Of a DNA stretch of 64,000 bases, positions 1 through 10,339 are shown one piece after another (within the stretch, counting starts at the first letter, position 1; every line of letters begins with the position of its first letter). Source of the DNA: an uncultured delta proteobacterium (GTDB taxonomy: Bacteria > Desulfobacterota > Binatia > Binatales > Binataceae); the NCBI GenBank assembly GCA_963724765.1, contig CAVRVY010000003.1:1216001-1280000 (forward strand), in the 5' to 3' direction. The notes below the pieces were generated by a model, which was given only the letters and a program-made list of their open reading frames with translations, was not told the DNA's origin and ran no database searches. Both the position numbers and the translations under genes were made by a program.

Positions 1-1235
1 ACACTTACTTCGCACAAATCGTGATCGGACGCGCACTGCCGCAGGCCAAGACGGCGGCGCTCGGCGGCCGTCCCGCGCTGGTGGTTTTCTGGCAGCACAA
101 TCCCGACGTGACGCAGCATCATCGTGGCCTCGGCACGAAGGCCAATCTCGACGCGCTGAAGGTAAGCGACGCGAACCTCGCGAGCATCCGCGATGCGATC
201 GCAAAGCTTGGGATCGCGGACCGCACCGACCTGATGGTGGTTTCCGACCATGGCTTCGCGACGATTCGCGCGCTGGTTCCGCTTGCGCAACTGCTGGTTG
301 CGAAGGGGATTAAGAAATCGGTCATCAGCGACGACGTGATGGTGATGGCCAACGGCGGCACCGATCTGATCCATCTCTCGCGCGCGGCATTTCCGACGAT
401 CAGTGCGCAGCGTGCGGTCCTGCAGAAAATAACCGACTTCGTCGAAGCGCAGCCGTGGTCAGGGCCGCTCTTCACGCGCAGCATCAGCGAGGAGCGAGCG
501 CTCGAGGGCGGGCCGGCGAAATCGGGCGCGACGAGTAGGTCGCGCGGTGAGCAGGGCTCCGGCCGGACTTCCGGCGGGACTTCCGGCAGGACTTCCGGTT
601 GGATCGAAGGAACGTTCAGCCTCGACAGCCTCGGGATGATTAGCCGCAACAATTATTTCGACGCGCCAGACCTGGTGGTTTCGTTCCGCGAATTGCCCGA
701 TGCGGATAATCGCGGGCTTATGGGTCCCAGCGCGCCGGCCTACGTCATCGACGAGCATGGCGAGCGCAATAGCGGCGCGGGTAATCATTCCGACGCGCTG
801 GCCGCGCCGGTCAACGGCGTGATGTACGCCGATACGGGCGGCTGGGGCGGATTTACCACCGGGCTGGGGATGCATGCGGCGGCGGGCGCCCGCGAGTTGC
901 ACAACTTCTGCGCGGCGGCCGGCCCGGACTTTCGCCATCACTTTGTCGACCAGTTTCCGAGCGGCAGTCTCGACGTGCGACCGACGATTGCGCGTGTGAT
1001 GGATCTTCCGTCCGCAGACGAAACCAGCGTTGCCGGCCGCGTGCTCGATGAAGCGCTCGCTGGCCATCAATTCAATGGCAGGTCGAGTGATTCCCGGCTC
1101 GCCGTCAGCCGCACGTTGTCCAAGACAGAGGCGACGACGACTCTCGATTTTTCGGTGTTGAGCGTGGGGCCGCGCCGATGGTCTTATCTCGACGGTGCCG
1201 AGTACAAACAGACGCCGCTTACGAAATCGAAGTGA
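1..1235 (+). CDS. Alkaline phosphatase superfamily / nucleotide pyrophosphatase-phosphodiesterase (5'-truncated by window edge)
   Basis: Metal-binding motifs QHNPDxTQH, VVSDHGF and GMH, plus C-terminal DVRPTIA...GRVLDEAL. Confidence 0.8.
   Translation, partial: TYFAQIVIGRALPQAKTAALGGRPALVVFWQHNPDVTQHHRGLGTKANLDALKVSDANLASIRDAIAKLGIADRTDLMVVSDHGFATIRALVPLAQLLVAKGIKKSVISDDVMVMANGGTDLIHLSRAAFPTISAQRAVLQKITDFVEAQPWSGPLFTRSISEERALEGGPAKSGATSRSRGEQGSGRTSGGTSGRTSGWIEGTFSLDSLGMISRNNYFDAPDLVVSFRELPDADNRGLMGPSAPAYVIDEHGERNSGAGNHSDALAAPVNGVMYADTGGWGGFTTGLGMHAAAGARELHNFCAAAGPDFRHHFVDQFPSGSLDVRPTIARVMDLPSADETSVAGRVLDEALAGHQFNGRSSDSRLAVSRTLSKTEATTTLDFSVLSVGPRRWSYLDGAEYKQTPLTKSK
564..599 (+). repeat. 3 x 12-bp in-frame tandem repeat (nGGACTTCCGGy) encoding RTSG/GTSG
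   Basis: cggacttccggc gggacttccggc aggacttccggt. Confidence 0.85.
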
Positions 1236-2595
1236 GGCGCGCCGGGTCGGCAGCTTGCGCGACTAAATCCTCGTCGAGCCTGGTGAGCACGCGCCCGCGG
1301 GTTTCGGGAATCAGCCAAATCAGCATCGCGCCCACCGCCGAGAACGCTGCGCCGATCGATAGCGCCGCGCCGAAGCCGATCGAGCGGCTCAGCACCGCGA
1401 TCGCCATCGGGGTGAAGAACTGCAGGCCGCGCGTCACGTTGAGCAGCAGGCCGAGCGCGGAGTTGCGCACCTTGGTCGGCAGCAGCTCCGAGACGATCGG
1501 CCCGGTGCCCGACCAGATGCCGGTGCCGAATCCCGCAAATACCATCGCACCCGCGATCAGCCCCGGCACGCCGGCCGCCCAGGGCCACAGGATGGTCGGC
1601 GGCAGCAGCCCGATTGCCATCATCGCGGCGAAAGCCGAGTACACCGGGCGCCGTCCGAAGCGGTCGGCGAGCAGGCCGAAGCTCGCATAACCGGCGACCG
1701 CGCCGATCTGCATGCCCATCATGAGATGGCTCGCCGCGCGGTCGCTCAGGTTGCGCGTCAGCTTCAGATAACCGGGCATCCAACTGTAGGTGAACCAGTA
1801 GGCCTCTGAGTTCACCCAGATCACCAGGAACAACAGCAGCATGATACCGGCGTAAGGCCTGAGCGCGCGGAATTCCTCGCGCGTCAGCCATTCGCTGCCG
1901 CCGCCCATCCGGCGCCGCCAGACATCGCTCTCCGGAAGCCATCGCCAGACCGCGATCGCCACCAGCAACGCCGGCAGTGACGAGAGCGCGAAGGTCGCGC
2001 GCCATCCGATCGCGGGCGTGACGTAGCCCGCCAGGAACGCGGCGATAAACACGCCGAGCGGCGCTCCCACCTGCACGTAGGCGGCATAGCGCGCGCGCCG
2101 GTCAGGCGGCACGGTCTCGGCCACCAGGCTCTGGCCCGCGGCCCACTCGCCACCGATTCCGATCCCGGTGAGCGAGCGAAAGATCAGCAGATGCGTCAGG
2201 TTGAGGCTGGCCGCGCAGAGCAGCGTGCCGAAGCCATAGATGAGGACGGTCGCGATGATCGTCGGACGCCGCCCGAAGCGATCGCCGATGAAGCCGAACA
2301 GCAGCCCGCCCAGCGCTGTCATCAGGAGCGACAGGCCCAGCGCAAAAGACGCTTCCAGCCTGCCCAAATGCAGGTCATGCGCCATCGGCACCATCAGGAA
2401 CGAGTAAAGGATCAGGTCGTAGAAATCGAAAATCCAGGCGAAGAAACAAAGCGCGACGATGCGATAGTGCGGCCATCCCATCGGCTGCTCGCTCAGCAGC
2501 AGCGCCGGGCCGGAGGCCGCAGCGGCGCGAGCGTCGGGGCCGGTTCCGCTCATCGCAACGCCTGGCGCGCCGTACCGGGCAGCGCTCTCGCGCAT
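1219..2595 (-). CDS. MFS transporter (aromatic acid/sialate:H+ symporter-like); start may be 2553
   Basis: FDFYD, GDRFGRR motif A, GIGIGGEW, second ADRFGRR, about 12 hydrophobic segments. Confidence 0.9.
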   Translation of the reverse strand: MRESAARYGAPGVAMSGTGPDARAAAASGPALLLSEQPMGWPHYRIVALCFFAWIFDFYDLILYSFLMVPMAHDLHLGRLEASFALGLSLLMTALGGLLFGFIGDRFGRRPTIIATVLIYGFGTLLCAASLNLTHLLIFRSLTGIGIGGEWAAGQSLVAETVPPDRRARYAAYVQVGAPLGVFIAAFLAGYVTPAIGWRATFALSSLPALLVAIAVWRWLPESDVWRRRMGGGSEWLTREEFRALRPYAGIMLLLFLVIWVNSEAYWFTYSWMPGYLKLTRNLSDRAASHLMMGMQIGAVAGYASFGLLADRFGRRPVYSAFAAMMAIGLLPPTILWPWAAGVPGLIAGAMVFAGFGTGIWSGTGPIVSELLPTKVRNSALGLLLNVTRGLQFFTPMAIAVLSRSIGFGAALSIGAAFSAVGAMLIWLIPETRGRVLTRLDEDLVAQAADPARLTSIS

Positions 2596-2624
2596 TCGGT
2601 ATGCCTTTGCATCGCTGTCAGTCT

Positions 2625-2669
2625 CTACTGGTCCCGCTGCTGCTGGCCCCGCTGCTACTGGTCCCGGTT
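2625..2669 (+). repeat. 3 x 15-bp degenerate tandem repeat in divergent intergenic region
   Basis: ctactggtcccgctg ctgctggccccgctg ctactggtcccggtt. Confidence 0.75.
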
Positions 2670-2772
2670 GCCACGTTGTGGTTGGCTATCATCGGGGTTT
2701 GGCTCGCCGGTTTTCAAGAGACCGCGCTGGCTCCGAGGGCGCGAGCCGCGCCGCAAGATGAGGAGGCACGGA

Positions 2773-4524
2773 ATGATCAAACGGACGCTGCGATGGCTGA
2801 TGCGGACGATCGTGATCGTGATCGTAGTGGTTGTCATCAGCCACGTGGTCAATTGGTGGTCGCATCGGGTTGCGCCAGGCTCGGTGATCGAGCTTGCGCT
2901 GAAGGGCCAGGTAATCGAACGCGGCACGGACGGCTTGCGCGGATTGGTCGACGACAGCCAGACCCCGCTCAATATCGCGCGCCGCGCGCTGCACGAGGCG
3001 GCCGCCGATCCGCGGATCGTGGGACTCGCGATCCGTATCACCGACCCGGAGATGGAATTCGCGCAGGCCCAGGAACTGAGCGCCCTCATCCACGACTTCA
3101 CGGCCCATCACAAATGGACCACCGCGTATCTCGAAAGTGCGGGCGACTTCGATTCGGGCAACCTGCCATACCTGGTGGCGGGCGCGGCCGGCGAGGTCTC
3201 GATGATGCCCGAGGGCGAGATCAATCTGATGGGCGTGCGGATGCAGGAGCTGTTCGCGCGCGGACTGTTCGACAAGATGGGGATCAAGCCCAACTTCGCC
3301 GCGATCGGCAAATACAAAAGCGCCGCCAATATCTTCACTGAGAAGGACTTTACCCCCGGGCAGCGCGAAGAGGACGAAGCGCTGGCGGGCGGCCTGTTCG
3401 ACCAGCTCGTCGCCACCGCCGCCAGCGAGCGCCATCTCGAGCCCGCGCAACTGCGCGCGCTCATCGACCAGGCGCCGCTCAGCGCCAAGGCCGGGCTCAA
3501 GGCCCATCTGATAGATCGAATCGAGTACGGCGACCAGTTCACCGACCGCGTCAAGGACTACGGCGGTCACGACCATACGGTCATCAAGTATTCCGACTAC
3601 AAACACGTCTCTTTGCTGCCGCACTTCGGCCCGCATGACCGCCTCGCCGTGATCTACGCCGACGGCGCGATTCAGCGCGGGCAGGGCGGCTTCGATCCGG
3701 TGCTCTCGCCCGGCGGCAACGGGTTGGGCTCGGACGAAATGGTCGAGGCGCTGGATCAGGCGCGCGATGACGATTCGGTGCGCGCCGTGGTCCTGCGCAT
3801 CAACTCGCCCGGCGGTTCGGTCATCGCCTCGGAACTCATCCGGCGCTCGGCCGAACTGCTGGCCAAGAAGAAGCCGCTGGTGGTCAGCATGTCGGGCTAC
3901 GCGGCGTCGGGCGGCTACTGGATCGCGATGCCGGCGGGGAAGATTTTCGCCGAGCCCGCGACCATCACAGGATCGATTGGCGTGCTCGGCGGCAAGTTCA
4001 ATATTGCGCCGCTGATGAGCTCGATCGGCGTCAACAGCGCCGCCATCTCGCATGGCGCCAACGCCGCGATGTTCGACGCGTTCGGCGATTTCACGCCCGC
4101 CCAGCAGCAGCAGTTCCGGGATCAGATCCTGGGCGATACCTACCAGCATTTCGTGAACCTGGTGGCGCATGGGCGTGGATTGACGCCCGCGCGAGTCGAC
4201 CAGATTGCCCAGGGCCGCGTATGGACCGGCGCGGAAGCGATCAAGCTTAAGCTGGTCGACGGGATGGGCGGGCTCGACGAGGCGATCAAGGCCGCCAGGG
4301 TGCTGGCCAAGGTGCCGGACGACACGAAGCTCGGGTTACTCGAGTTGCCGGCGCCGCCGAGCCTGTTGTCGAGCCTGATGAAGGGCAAGCTGGGCGCCGA
4401 CGGCGCGCTCGGAATCGGCGTTCCGGCGCAACTGCGCGCTCTGCTCTGGTTATTCGACGCGGCCGCCGGCGCGCGCGGCGGATGGCTTCGGGCGGTGCTA
4501 TGTCCGGTGATGCCGGTGGTCTGA
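2773..4524 (+). CDS. sppA: Signal peptide peptidase SppA (protease IV, long form)
   Basis: AGGAGG RBS before ATG 2773; N-terminal TM; GKYKSA, LRINSPGGS, AASGGYW and TGSIGV motifs. Confidence 0.93.
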   Translation: MIKRTLRWLMRTIVIVIVVVVISHVVNWWSHRVAPGSVIELALKGQVIERGTDGLRGLVDDSQTPLNIARRALHEAAADPRIVGLAIRITDPEMEFAQAQELSALIHDFTAHHKWTTAYLESAGDFDSGNLPYLVAGAAGEVSMMPEGEINLMGVRMQELFARGLFDKMGIKPNFAAIGKYKSAANIFTEKDFTPGQREEDEALAGGLFDQLVATAASERHLEPAQLRALIDQAPLSAKAGLKAHLIDRIEYGDQFTDRVKDYGGHDHTVIKYSDYKHVSLLPHFGPHDRLAVIYADGAIQRGQGGFDPVLSPGGNGLGSDEMVEALDQARDDDSVRAVVLRINSPGGSVIASELIRRSAELLAKKKPLVVSMSGYAASGGYWIAMPAGKIFAEPATITGSIGVLGGKFNIAPLMSSIGVNSAAISHGANAAMFDAFGDFTPAQQQQFRDQILGDTYQHFVNLVAHGRGLTPARVDQIAQGRVWTGAEAIKLKLVDGMGGLDEAIKAARVLAKVPDDTKLGLLELPAPPSLLSSLMKGKLGADGALGIGVPAQLRALLWLFDAAAGARGGWLRAVLCPVMPVV

Positions 4525-4664
4525 GACGCCGTGGCGGGCGTTGGCCGAAGCGGTTCCATTTTGTACCCGGCGGCGCAATATAATTGTGCGACTCACGCGC
4601 ATGCTTCGTTTGACTCATGCGCCGAGCGTGCGCAGCAAAGATTCACGCATCTGGAGAAACCGCT

Positions 4665-5081
4665 ATGGACGCGCAGCTTGAAGGATTTCTCAACACGTTG
4701 GGCGAGGCCGAGCGCGCTGGCGGCCGTGTCCTGCACGAACTGACCACCGAGGCCCGCTCGCTGGAGCTTCGCGAGATGCTCAAGAAAGTCGGTCACGACG
4801 AGGGCTACTACGCCGGCGAGCTTTCCGCCCACGTGCGCCGCCTCGGCGGCGTCGCCTCCAACAAGACCGGCGATTTCGTCGAGAAGGTGCGCGCGGTGAG
4901 CGACTTTCGCGGCAAGCTCGAACTGCTCAATCGCGGCCAGCGCTGGGTGATCCGCAAAATCGAGGAGAACCTCGCCACCGTTGCGGACCCCGAGCTGCGC
5001 GCCTTCCTCTCGGTGATGGCCAAAGGCCATTACGTCAATATCGGCGCCCTCGAAGACGCGCTGAAAGAAGGCTTGCTCTGA
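4665..5081 (+). CDS. Ferritin-like four-helix protein (DUF6306-like)
   Basis: GGAG RBS; EAERAG...DE...LLNRGQRWV...H pattern of ferritin-like helices. Confidence 0.7.
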   Translation: MDAQLEGFLNTLGEAERAGGRVLHELTTEARSLELREMLKKVGHDEGYYAGELSAHVRRLGGVASNKTGDFVEKVRAVSDFRGKLELLNRGQRWVIRKIEENLATVADPELRAFLSVMAKGHYVNIGALEDALKEGLL

Positions 5082-5251
5082 GCCTTGCCGTCGCACGCGC
5101 CGGCCAGAAGCGCGCGCGCAAAATTTTTTCGCTGATAGCGTTCGCTATTCTCGCGGCAGCGCGCTCCGGCTCGGCCGCCGATACGCTCGGGCCGGGCAGC
5201 CATCGCATCGATATCCAGTACGGCGGGCTTGGCCGAAGCTATATCGTTCAC

Positions 5252-6079
5252 GTGCCGCCACAGGCCTCCAGCGCAAACGCTTTGCCCGTGATCCTGAACT
5301 TTCACGGCGCCGGCAGTAACGCTGAGCAACAGGAACGGTACTCCGCAATGGACGCGACGGCCGACCGCGACGGCTTCGTCGCCGTCTATCCCAACGGAAC
5401 GGGGCGTGGAACGCGGGCGCTCACCTGGAACGCCGGGGGATGCTGCGCGTACGCCGCGCGCGAAAAGATCGATGACGTCGGCTTCACCCGGACGCTGCTC
5501 GATGACCTTGCAACGCGCATCCGTATCGATCGCTCGCGTGTCTACGCGACCGGCATCTCGAACGGCGGCATGATGGCGTATCGGCTCGGCGTCGAGGCCG
5601 CGGATCGCATCGCCGCGATCGCGCCGGTGGAAGGCGCTTTGACGGTCGAGACTTCAGGGCCTGCGCGTCCGATGCCCCTGATGCTCTTCAACAGTGTCGA
5701 TGATCGTTACGTCCCTTACGAAGGGCGCTTCGGACGGCTCGGACACGTCGCTCACGTGACGCAGTATCCCGGCGTCGATGAAGAGATCGCGCGCTGGCGC
5801 AAATTTGACGGATGCCGGGCACAGGCGCGGGTCGGACCCGCGCTGAAGGGCGCTCCCGGCTCCGCAGACGCGGACAATTCCGCGACCCGCTACGAATGGG
5901 GGCCGTGCGCCGGCGGCAGCAAGATCGTGCTGTGGAAACTCGCCGGTTCGGGTCACGTGTGGCCGGGCGCGACGCGCAGCGTGTTCTGGCTCGGGCGCGG
6001 CACGCAGATGATCGACGCCAACGATCAGATGTGGCAGTTCTTCCGCAATTTTTCCCTGCCATCGAACAAGGGCGCGTAG
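5252..6079 (+). CDS. PHB-depolymerase/LpqC-family esterase; true N-terminus probably extends upstream to about 5090-5120
   Basis: LNFHGAG, AVYPNG, WNAGGCC, DDVGF, GISNGG nucleophile elbow, GHVWPG; upstream in-frame signal-peptide-like RKIFSLIAFAILAAA. Confidence 0.88.
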   Translation: MPPQASSANALPVILNFHGAGSNAEQQERYSAMDATADRDGFVAVYPNGTGRGTRALTWNAGGCCAYAAREKIDDVGFTRTLLDDLATRIRIDRSRVYATGISNGGMMAYRLGVEAADRIAAIAPVEGALTVETSGPARPMPLMLFNSVDDRYVPYEGRFGRLGHVAHVTQYPGVDEEIARWRKFDGCRAQARVGPALKGAPGSADADNSATRYEWGPCAGGSKIVLWKLAGSGHVWPGATRSVFWLGRGTQMIDANDQMWQFFRNFSLPSNKGA

Positions 6080-6100
6080 GAGAGCGGGCGGCCCGTCGGG

Positions 6101-7375
6101 TCAGCCCTGATGCGGTTCGATCACCATGTTGCCCGCGGCCACCTTGGCTTCGTCGGCCGCGTCACTGCGCATCAGTACGCCCTCGGCGTAGAGCGCGGCG
6201 AGTTCGTTGTCGGGAAGCGAGAGCATCTCGCGCAGCACCGCGTCATTGTTCTCGCCCACGCGCGAGGCTTTGACGTCGGTGCGGTCAGGCCAATCGGAGA
6301 ACTTGACCGGCATCCCGGGCACATCGAACTCGCCGAGCGATCTGTCGCTTACGCGCCGGACGGTCTTGCGGCCGCGCAGATGCGGATGCTCCATCGCCTC
6401 CTCCAGCTTGAGTACCGGGGCGCAGGGCACGCGCTCGCGGTCGAGCACGGCGATGGCGGAGTCGCGGTCGGGAAAGGTCGCGAGCCATTCTTCGATAAGC
6501 TCGCGCAGCGCGGCGTTGTTTTTGACCCTGCGCCCGTTGGTCGAGAAACGTTCGTCCTGCAGCAGGTCCGGCTTGCCCATCGCGCGCAACAGGCGCGGCA
6601 TCTCGTGCTGCTGGGCGATCAGCATGATGTGGCCGCCGTTGGCCTTGTACACGCCGCACGGGCTGCCCGCCGGATGCATCGAGCCGGTGCGCTTGGGATG
6701 GTAACGGCCGGGACGCAACGAGAGCACCGGGACGAACAGCTCGTGCATGTGGAAATAGGTGTCCATCAGCGAAGCGTCGAGGTACTGGCCCTTGCCGGTG
6801 CGCTCGCGTGAGAGCAGCGCGAAGCCAACCGCCATCGCGGCCGCCACGCCAGTGGAGATGTCGCCAATCGCCATCGCCGGTACGATCGGCGCGCGGTCGG
6901 GCTCACCGAGCTGGTCGGTGACCCCGGCCAGCGCCGAGCCGATGTAGTCATAGCCGGGACGGCGGCTGAGCGGCCCGCTCTGCCCCGCGGCCGAGATCGA
7001 GCACATCACTAGGCGCGGATTGATCTTTGCAAGCGCCTCGTAGCCGAAGCCCATGTCGGCGATTACGCCGGGCGCGAAATTCTCCACCACTACGTCGATC
7101 TTCGGGATCATCGCGAGCAACAGTTCTCTGCCGCGCGGCTTGCGCAGATCGACCGCCAGGCTACGTTTGCAGTGGTTGTGCTGGAAGTAGTAGCTGCTCA
7201 TGCCGTCCTTGACGATCCCGAGCGCGCGCACGTGGTCGCCCTCCAGCGAGCGCTCGACCTTGATCACGTCGGCACCGAGTTCGCCCAGGATGCGCGTGCA
7301 GGTCGGGCCCGCCACGTAGTGGGTGAAGTCGAGCACATGGAAACCCTCGAGCATCTGCGGCTGCTGCTGTGCCAT
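6101..7375 (-). CDS. CoA-transferase family III (CaiB/BaiF)
   Basis: VLDFTHYVAGP, LGADVIKVE, DVVVENFAPG and GYD motifs. Confidence 0.93.
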   Translation of the reverse strand: MAQQQPQMLEGFHVLDFTHYVAGPTCTRILGELGADVIKVERSLEGDHVRALGIVKDGMSSYYFQHNHCKRSLAVDLRKPRGRELLLAMIPKIDVVVENFAPGVIADMGFGYEALAKINPRLVMCSISAAGQSGPLSRRPGYDYIGSALAGVTDQLGEPDRAPIVPAMAIGDISTGVAAAMAVGFALLSRERTGKGQYLDASLMDTYFHMHELFVPVLSLRPGRYHPKRTGSMHPAGSPCGVYKANGGHIMLIAQQHEMPRLLRAMGKPDLLQDERFSTNGRRVKNNAALRELIEEWLATFPDRDSAIAVLDRERVPCAPVLKLEEAMEHPHLRGRKTVRRVSDRSLGEFDVPGMPVKFSDWPDRTDVKASRVGENNDAVLREMLSLPDNELAALYAEGVLMRSDAADEAKVAAGNMVIEPHQG

Positions 7376-7604
7376 GTCCGATCCTTATCCAGTTTTGGTC
7401 TAATTCCTGGTCTGCTTGGGCCGATACGAAAACTCCCGCGCCAATTCTCCGCAATTCTTCGCCGTGCGGCCCTCTGCGCGATCTCGCGCCATCATACAAA
7501 GCCTCGCGCCGCCATGTCCAAGGAATGTTCCATGTCCAGGGATGAGGATGTGCGAGGCATCAGGGCGGCCCAAGAGCGGCGCGCGACGCCGATGGCACGG
7601 CCGT

Positions 7605-8102
7605 TCAGCGTCCGGCGCGGGCGCGGCATTCGGGGCAGAGCCCGTAAAGTTCCATCTTGTGATGGCTCAGCGTGACGCCGAGTTTGCGCGCGACCATCTG
7701 CTGGAGTTGCTCGATCGCTTCGTTCTCGAATTCGATGATGCGGCCGCAGCGCTCGCAGATGAAATGGTCGTGGTGATGCTCGCCGGCGACTTCATAGCGC
7801 GCCTGGCCCTCATCGAAATGGCGCTCGTAGAGCAGGTCGCATTCCTTGAGCAGGCGCAGCGTGCGGTAGATAGTGGCGTAACCGACGTGCGGACTGACTT
7901 TCTTGACTTCGGCGTAGAGCTCCTCTGCGCTGATATGGCGGCCGAGGGCGAAGAAGACGCGCGCGATGTCGTCGCGCTGGCCGGTCGATTTGAGCCCGCG
8001 CTCTTTGAGGCGCGTATGGAATTCCGCCATCCGCTGCTCGATCTCGCCGGGCTCCAGATCGCTTACGGCCGTGCGGGGGATGCCTTCCTCCAGGCGTGGC
8101 AT
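7605..8102 (-). CDS. fur: Fur-family transcriptional regulator
   Basis: HISAEELY, ATIYRTL, HHHDHFICERCG, C-terminal CPEC. Confidence 0.9.
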   Translation of the reverse strand: MPRLEEGIPRTAVSDLEPGEIEQRMAEFHTRLKERGLKSTGQRDDIARVFFALGRHISAEELYAEVKKVSPHVGYATIYRTLRLLKECDLLYERHFDEGQARYEVAGEHHHDHFICERCGRIIEFENEAIEQLQQMVARKLGVTLSHHKMELYGLCPECRARAGR

Positions 8103-8120
8103 GGGAGAGCGATTGGGGGC

Positions 8121-8516
8121 TCAGCCGTGCTCGGCCTGCCCAGCCCGTCCGGTCACGTCGGTCAGCTCGGCTGGCTCGGCCAATTTGGCCAGTTTGGATT
8201 GCCCCGTCCGATCGGTTTGATCAGTCTGTCCGCTCTGGTTTTGCAACAGGCGGCGGGCGGCGGGCGATAGATAGAGTGTTTCCAGGTCGCGGGTGCGCAA
8301 GGCCTCAAGCAACACCTCGAGTTGCTCGGCCGGTGGCTGAGCCGAGTCGATGATGACCAGGTCTTTTTCGCGCAGCCGGCAGGCGCCGCCGCGCGCGCGA
8401 TAGCCGACCTCGCGCAGCAGCCGCTCGCGCCTGACCTGTAATCCGACGCGCTCCGCCGCCTGCGCCAGCTCCTCGACCAGGGATGCGATTCGCGCGCCAC
8501 CTCTTAACTCACCCAT
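8121..8516 (-). CDS. Hypothetical protein with low-complexity repetitive C-terminal tail
   Basis: Codirectional with fur; GGACRL and LYLSPA motifs; GC-rich third positions. Confidence 0.7.
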   Translation of the reverse strand: MGELRGGARIASLVEELAQAAERVGLQVRRERLLREVGYRARGGACRLREKDLVIIDSAQPPAEQLEVLLEALRTRDLETLYLSPAARRLLQNQSGQTDQTDRTGQSKLAKLAEPAELTDVTGRAGQAEHG

Positions 8517-8583
8517 CTAAAAACCCCCTTGTGACACCGCTATACGCATGATATCGCGGGACTGTAAGATGAAGGCTGGGCCA

Positions 8584-9420
8584 ATGATCAAGCGCATTGT
8601 CGTCGGCATCGACACCTCCGAGCATTCCCGCGTGGCCCAAGCCTACGCCTTCGCGCTGGCGCGCCGCCTGGGCGCCACCCTCATCGGATTGCACGTCGTC
8701 GACATCGTTTCGATCGAGGGCTCGTTCTTCCATGATATCTCAGGCTCGCTCGGACTAGAACCCTATCTCGACTTCTCTTCCCGGATGCGCGAGGTGCTGA
8801 CCGCGCGCGGACGGGCGGTGGTGGACGAATTCTGCGCGGCGGCGGAGCGCGAGCAGATCGCGGCCGAGCCGCTGATCGACATGGGCGTGGTGGCCAATCA
8901 GATTTGCGAGCGGGCCAAGGCCGCCGACCTGGTGATGATCGGCCATCGCGGGGTCCACGAGCGCTTCTCGACGGGGCTGCTGGGCTCGACCGCCGAGAGC
9001 GTGGCGCGCAAGAGCCCGCGGCCGCTCATCGTCTCGCCCAAGCGCCTGCGCGAGATCAAAAGGCTGACCCTCGCCTACGACGGCAGCGACCGGGCGTCCA
9101 AGGCGATGCACGCGGCGGCGGAGTTCGCCACTGAACTCGGCGCGCCGCTGACGGTGATAACCGTCGCGCGCGAGCCAAAGATGGGCGAGCGGGTGATGGG
9201 CGAAGCGCGCCACTACCTCGAGCCCTATCGCGTCGAGACCTCGTTCAAGCTGCTGAGCGGCCACGCGCACGAGGAGATCGTGCGCTTCCTGCGCGAGAGC
9301 GAGACCGATCTGCTGTTCATCGGCGCATACGGCCACAGCCGGATAATCGAGATGGTGCTGGGCTCGACCACGGAGTACGTGCTGCGCAATGCGCCTTGTC
9401 CGGTATTTCTGTCGCGCTAA
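8584..9420 (+). CDS. Universal stress protein (tandem USP domains)
   Basis: RIVVGIDTS, DLVMIGHRG, LLGSTAE, LAYDGS, GAYGHSR..LGSTT. Confidence 0.93.
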   Translation: MIKRIVVGIDTSEHSRVAQAYAFALARRLGATLIGLHVVDIVSIEGSFFHDISGSLGLEPYLDFSSRMREVLTARGRAVVDEFCAAAEREQIAAEPLIDMGVVANQICERAKAADLVMIGHRGVHERFSTGLLGSTAESVARKSPRPLIVSPKRLREIKRLTLAYDGSDRASKAMHAAAEFATELGAPLTVITVAREPKMGERVMGEARHYLEPYRVETSFKLLSGHAHEEIVRFLRESETDLLFIGAYGHSRIIEMVLGSTTEYVLRNAPCPVFLSR

Positions 9421-9665
9421 GCCGTAGCGCGGCTCCTGTGGAGAATTGTTCCCCGGTTGACAGTTTTTACGCGTGGAGCTAGCGTCAAAAGCTGTTTTCA
9501 AGCGTTATTGCTGATTGCGGGCTCGAATTACTCGCTTCGTTTGCAACTGCACGATTCTTGCATTTTCGGAGCGCTATAAGCTGACGCGCCTGATGCCCGT
9601 TTTCGGAGGCGTCGGGCAATTTGGATCAAGGCTTGCCGTCATCCACGAACGGCAAGGAAGGGGAA

Positions 9666-10325
9666 GTGCGGAAGGTGCGAAAAAAACTCGGAACCTACCT
9701 GGTCTGCGTGGCGATCGTGAGCTTGGCCGCTGGTTGCTCGTCGATGTCGCCTGAGCGTGAAAAAGGCTGTCTGATTGGCGCAGGGCTCGGCGCTCTCGCG
9801 GGCGGTGGCATCGCCGCGGGTGCGATTGCCGACGGCCACGGACATTCGAGATCCTACGAGATTGGCGTTCCAGCCGGCGCCGTTGCCGGTGCGCTCGTGG
9901 GCGGGATCATAGGATGCATGGCGGTCAAGGAAGCACCGCCACCGCCGCCGCCCCCTCCGCCGCCGCCACCGCCTCCTCCGCCGCCGGAGAAGATCATCCT
10001 GCGTGGCGTCCACTTTGACTTTGACAAGTCAAACATCCGCCCGCAGGATGCGGCCGTGCTCGACGAGGCCGCGGAAACCCTGAAGTCGCACCAGAACGTG
10101 TCGGTCAACGTCAATGGCTATTGCGACGCGATCGGCTCGGTCAGGTACAACCTAAGGCTCTCCGAGCGCCGGTCCAACGCGGTCGTGAGATACCTCGCCG
10201 ACCACGGTGTGGCGGAAGGGCGCCTGAGCCCGCACGGCTATGGGAAGACGGACTTCGTTGCCACCAACAAGACCGCCGAAGGACGGGCCCAGAACCGCCG
10301 GGTCGAACTGGTGCCGAACCAGTAA
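9666..10325 (+). CDS. OmpA-family lipoprotein with glycine zipper and poly-proline linker
   Basis: Lipobox LAAGC; GAGLGALAGG zipper; about 17 Pro run; FDFDKS...NLRLSERR...GRAQNRRVE. Confidence 0.92.
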   Translation: MRKVRKKLGTYLVCVAIVSLAAGCSSMSPEREKGCLIGAGLGALAGGGIAAGAIADGHGHSRSYEIGVPAGAVAGALVGGIIGCMAVKEAPPPPPPPPPPPPPPPPPEKIILRGVHFDFDKSNIRPQDAAVLDEAAETLKSHQNVSVNVNGYCDAIGSVRYNLRLSERRSNAVVRYLADHGVAEGRLSPHGYGKTDFVATNKTAEGRAQNRRVELVPNQ

Positions 10326-10339
10326 CGAATATCAGTCTG

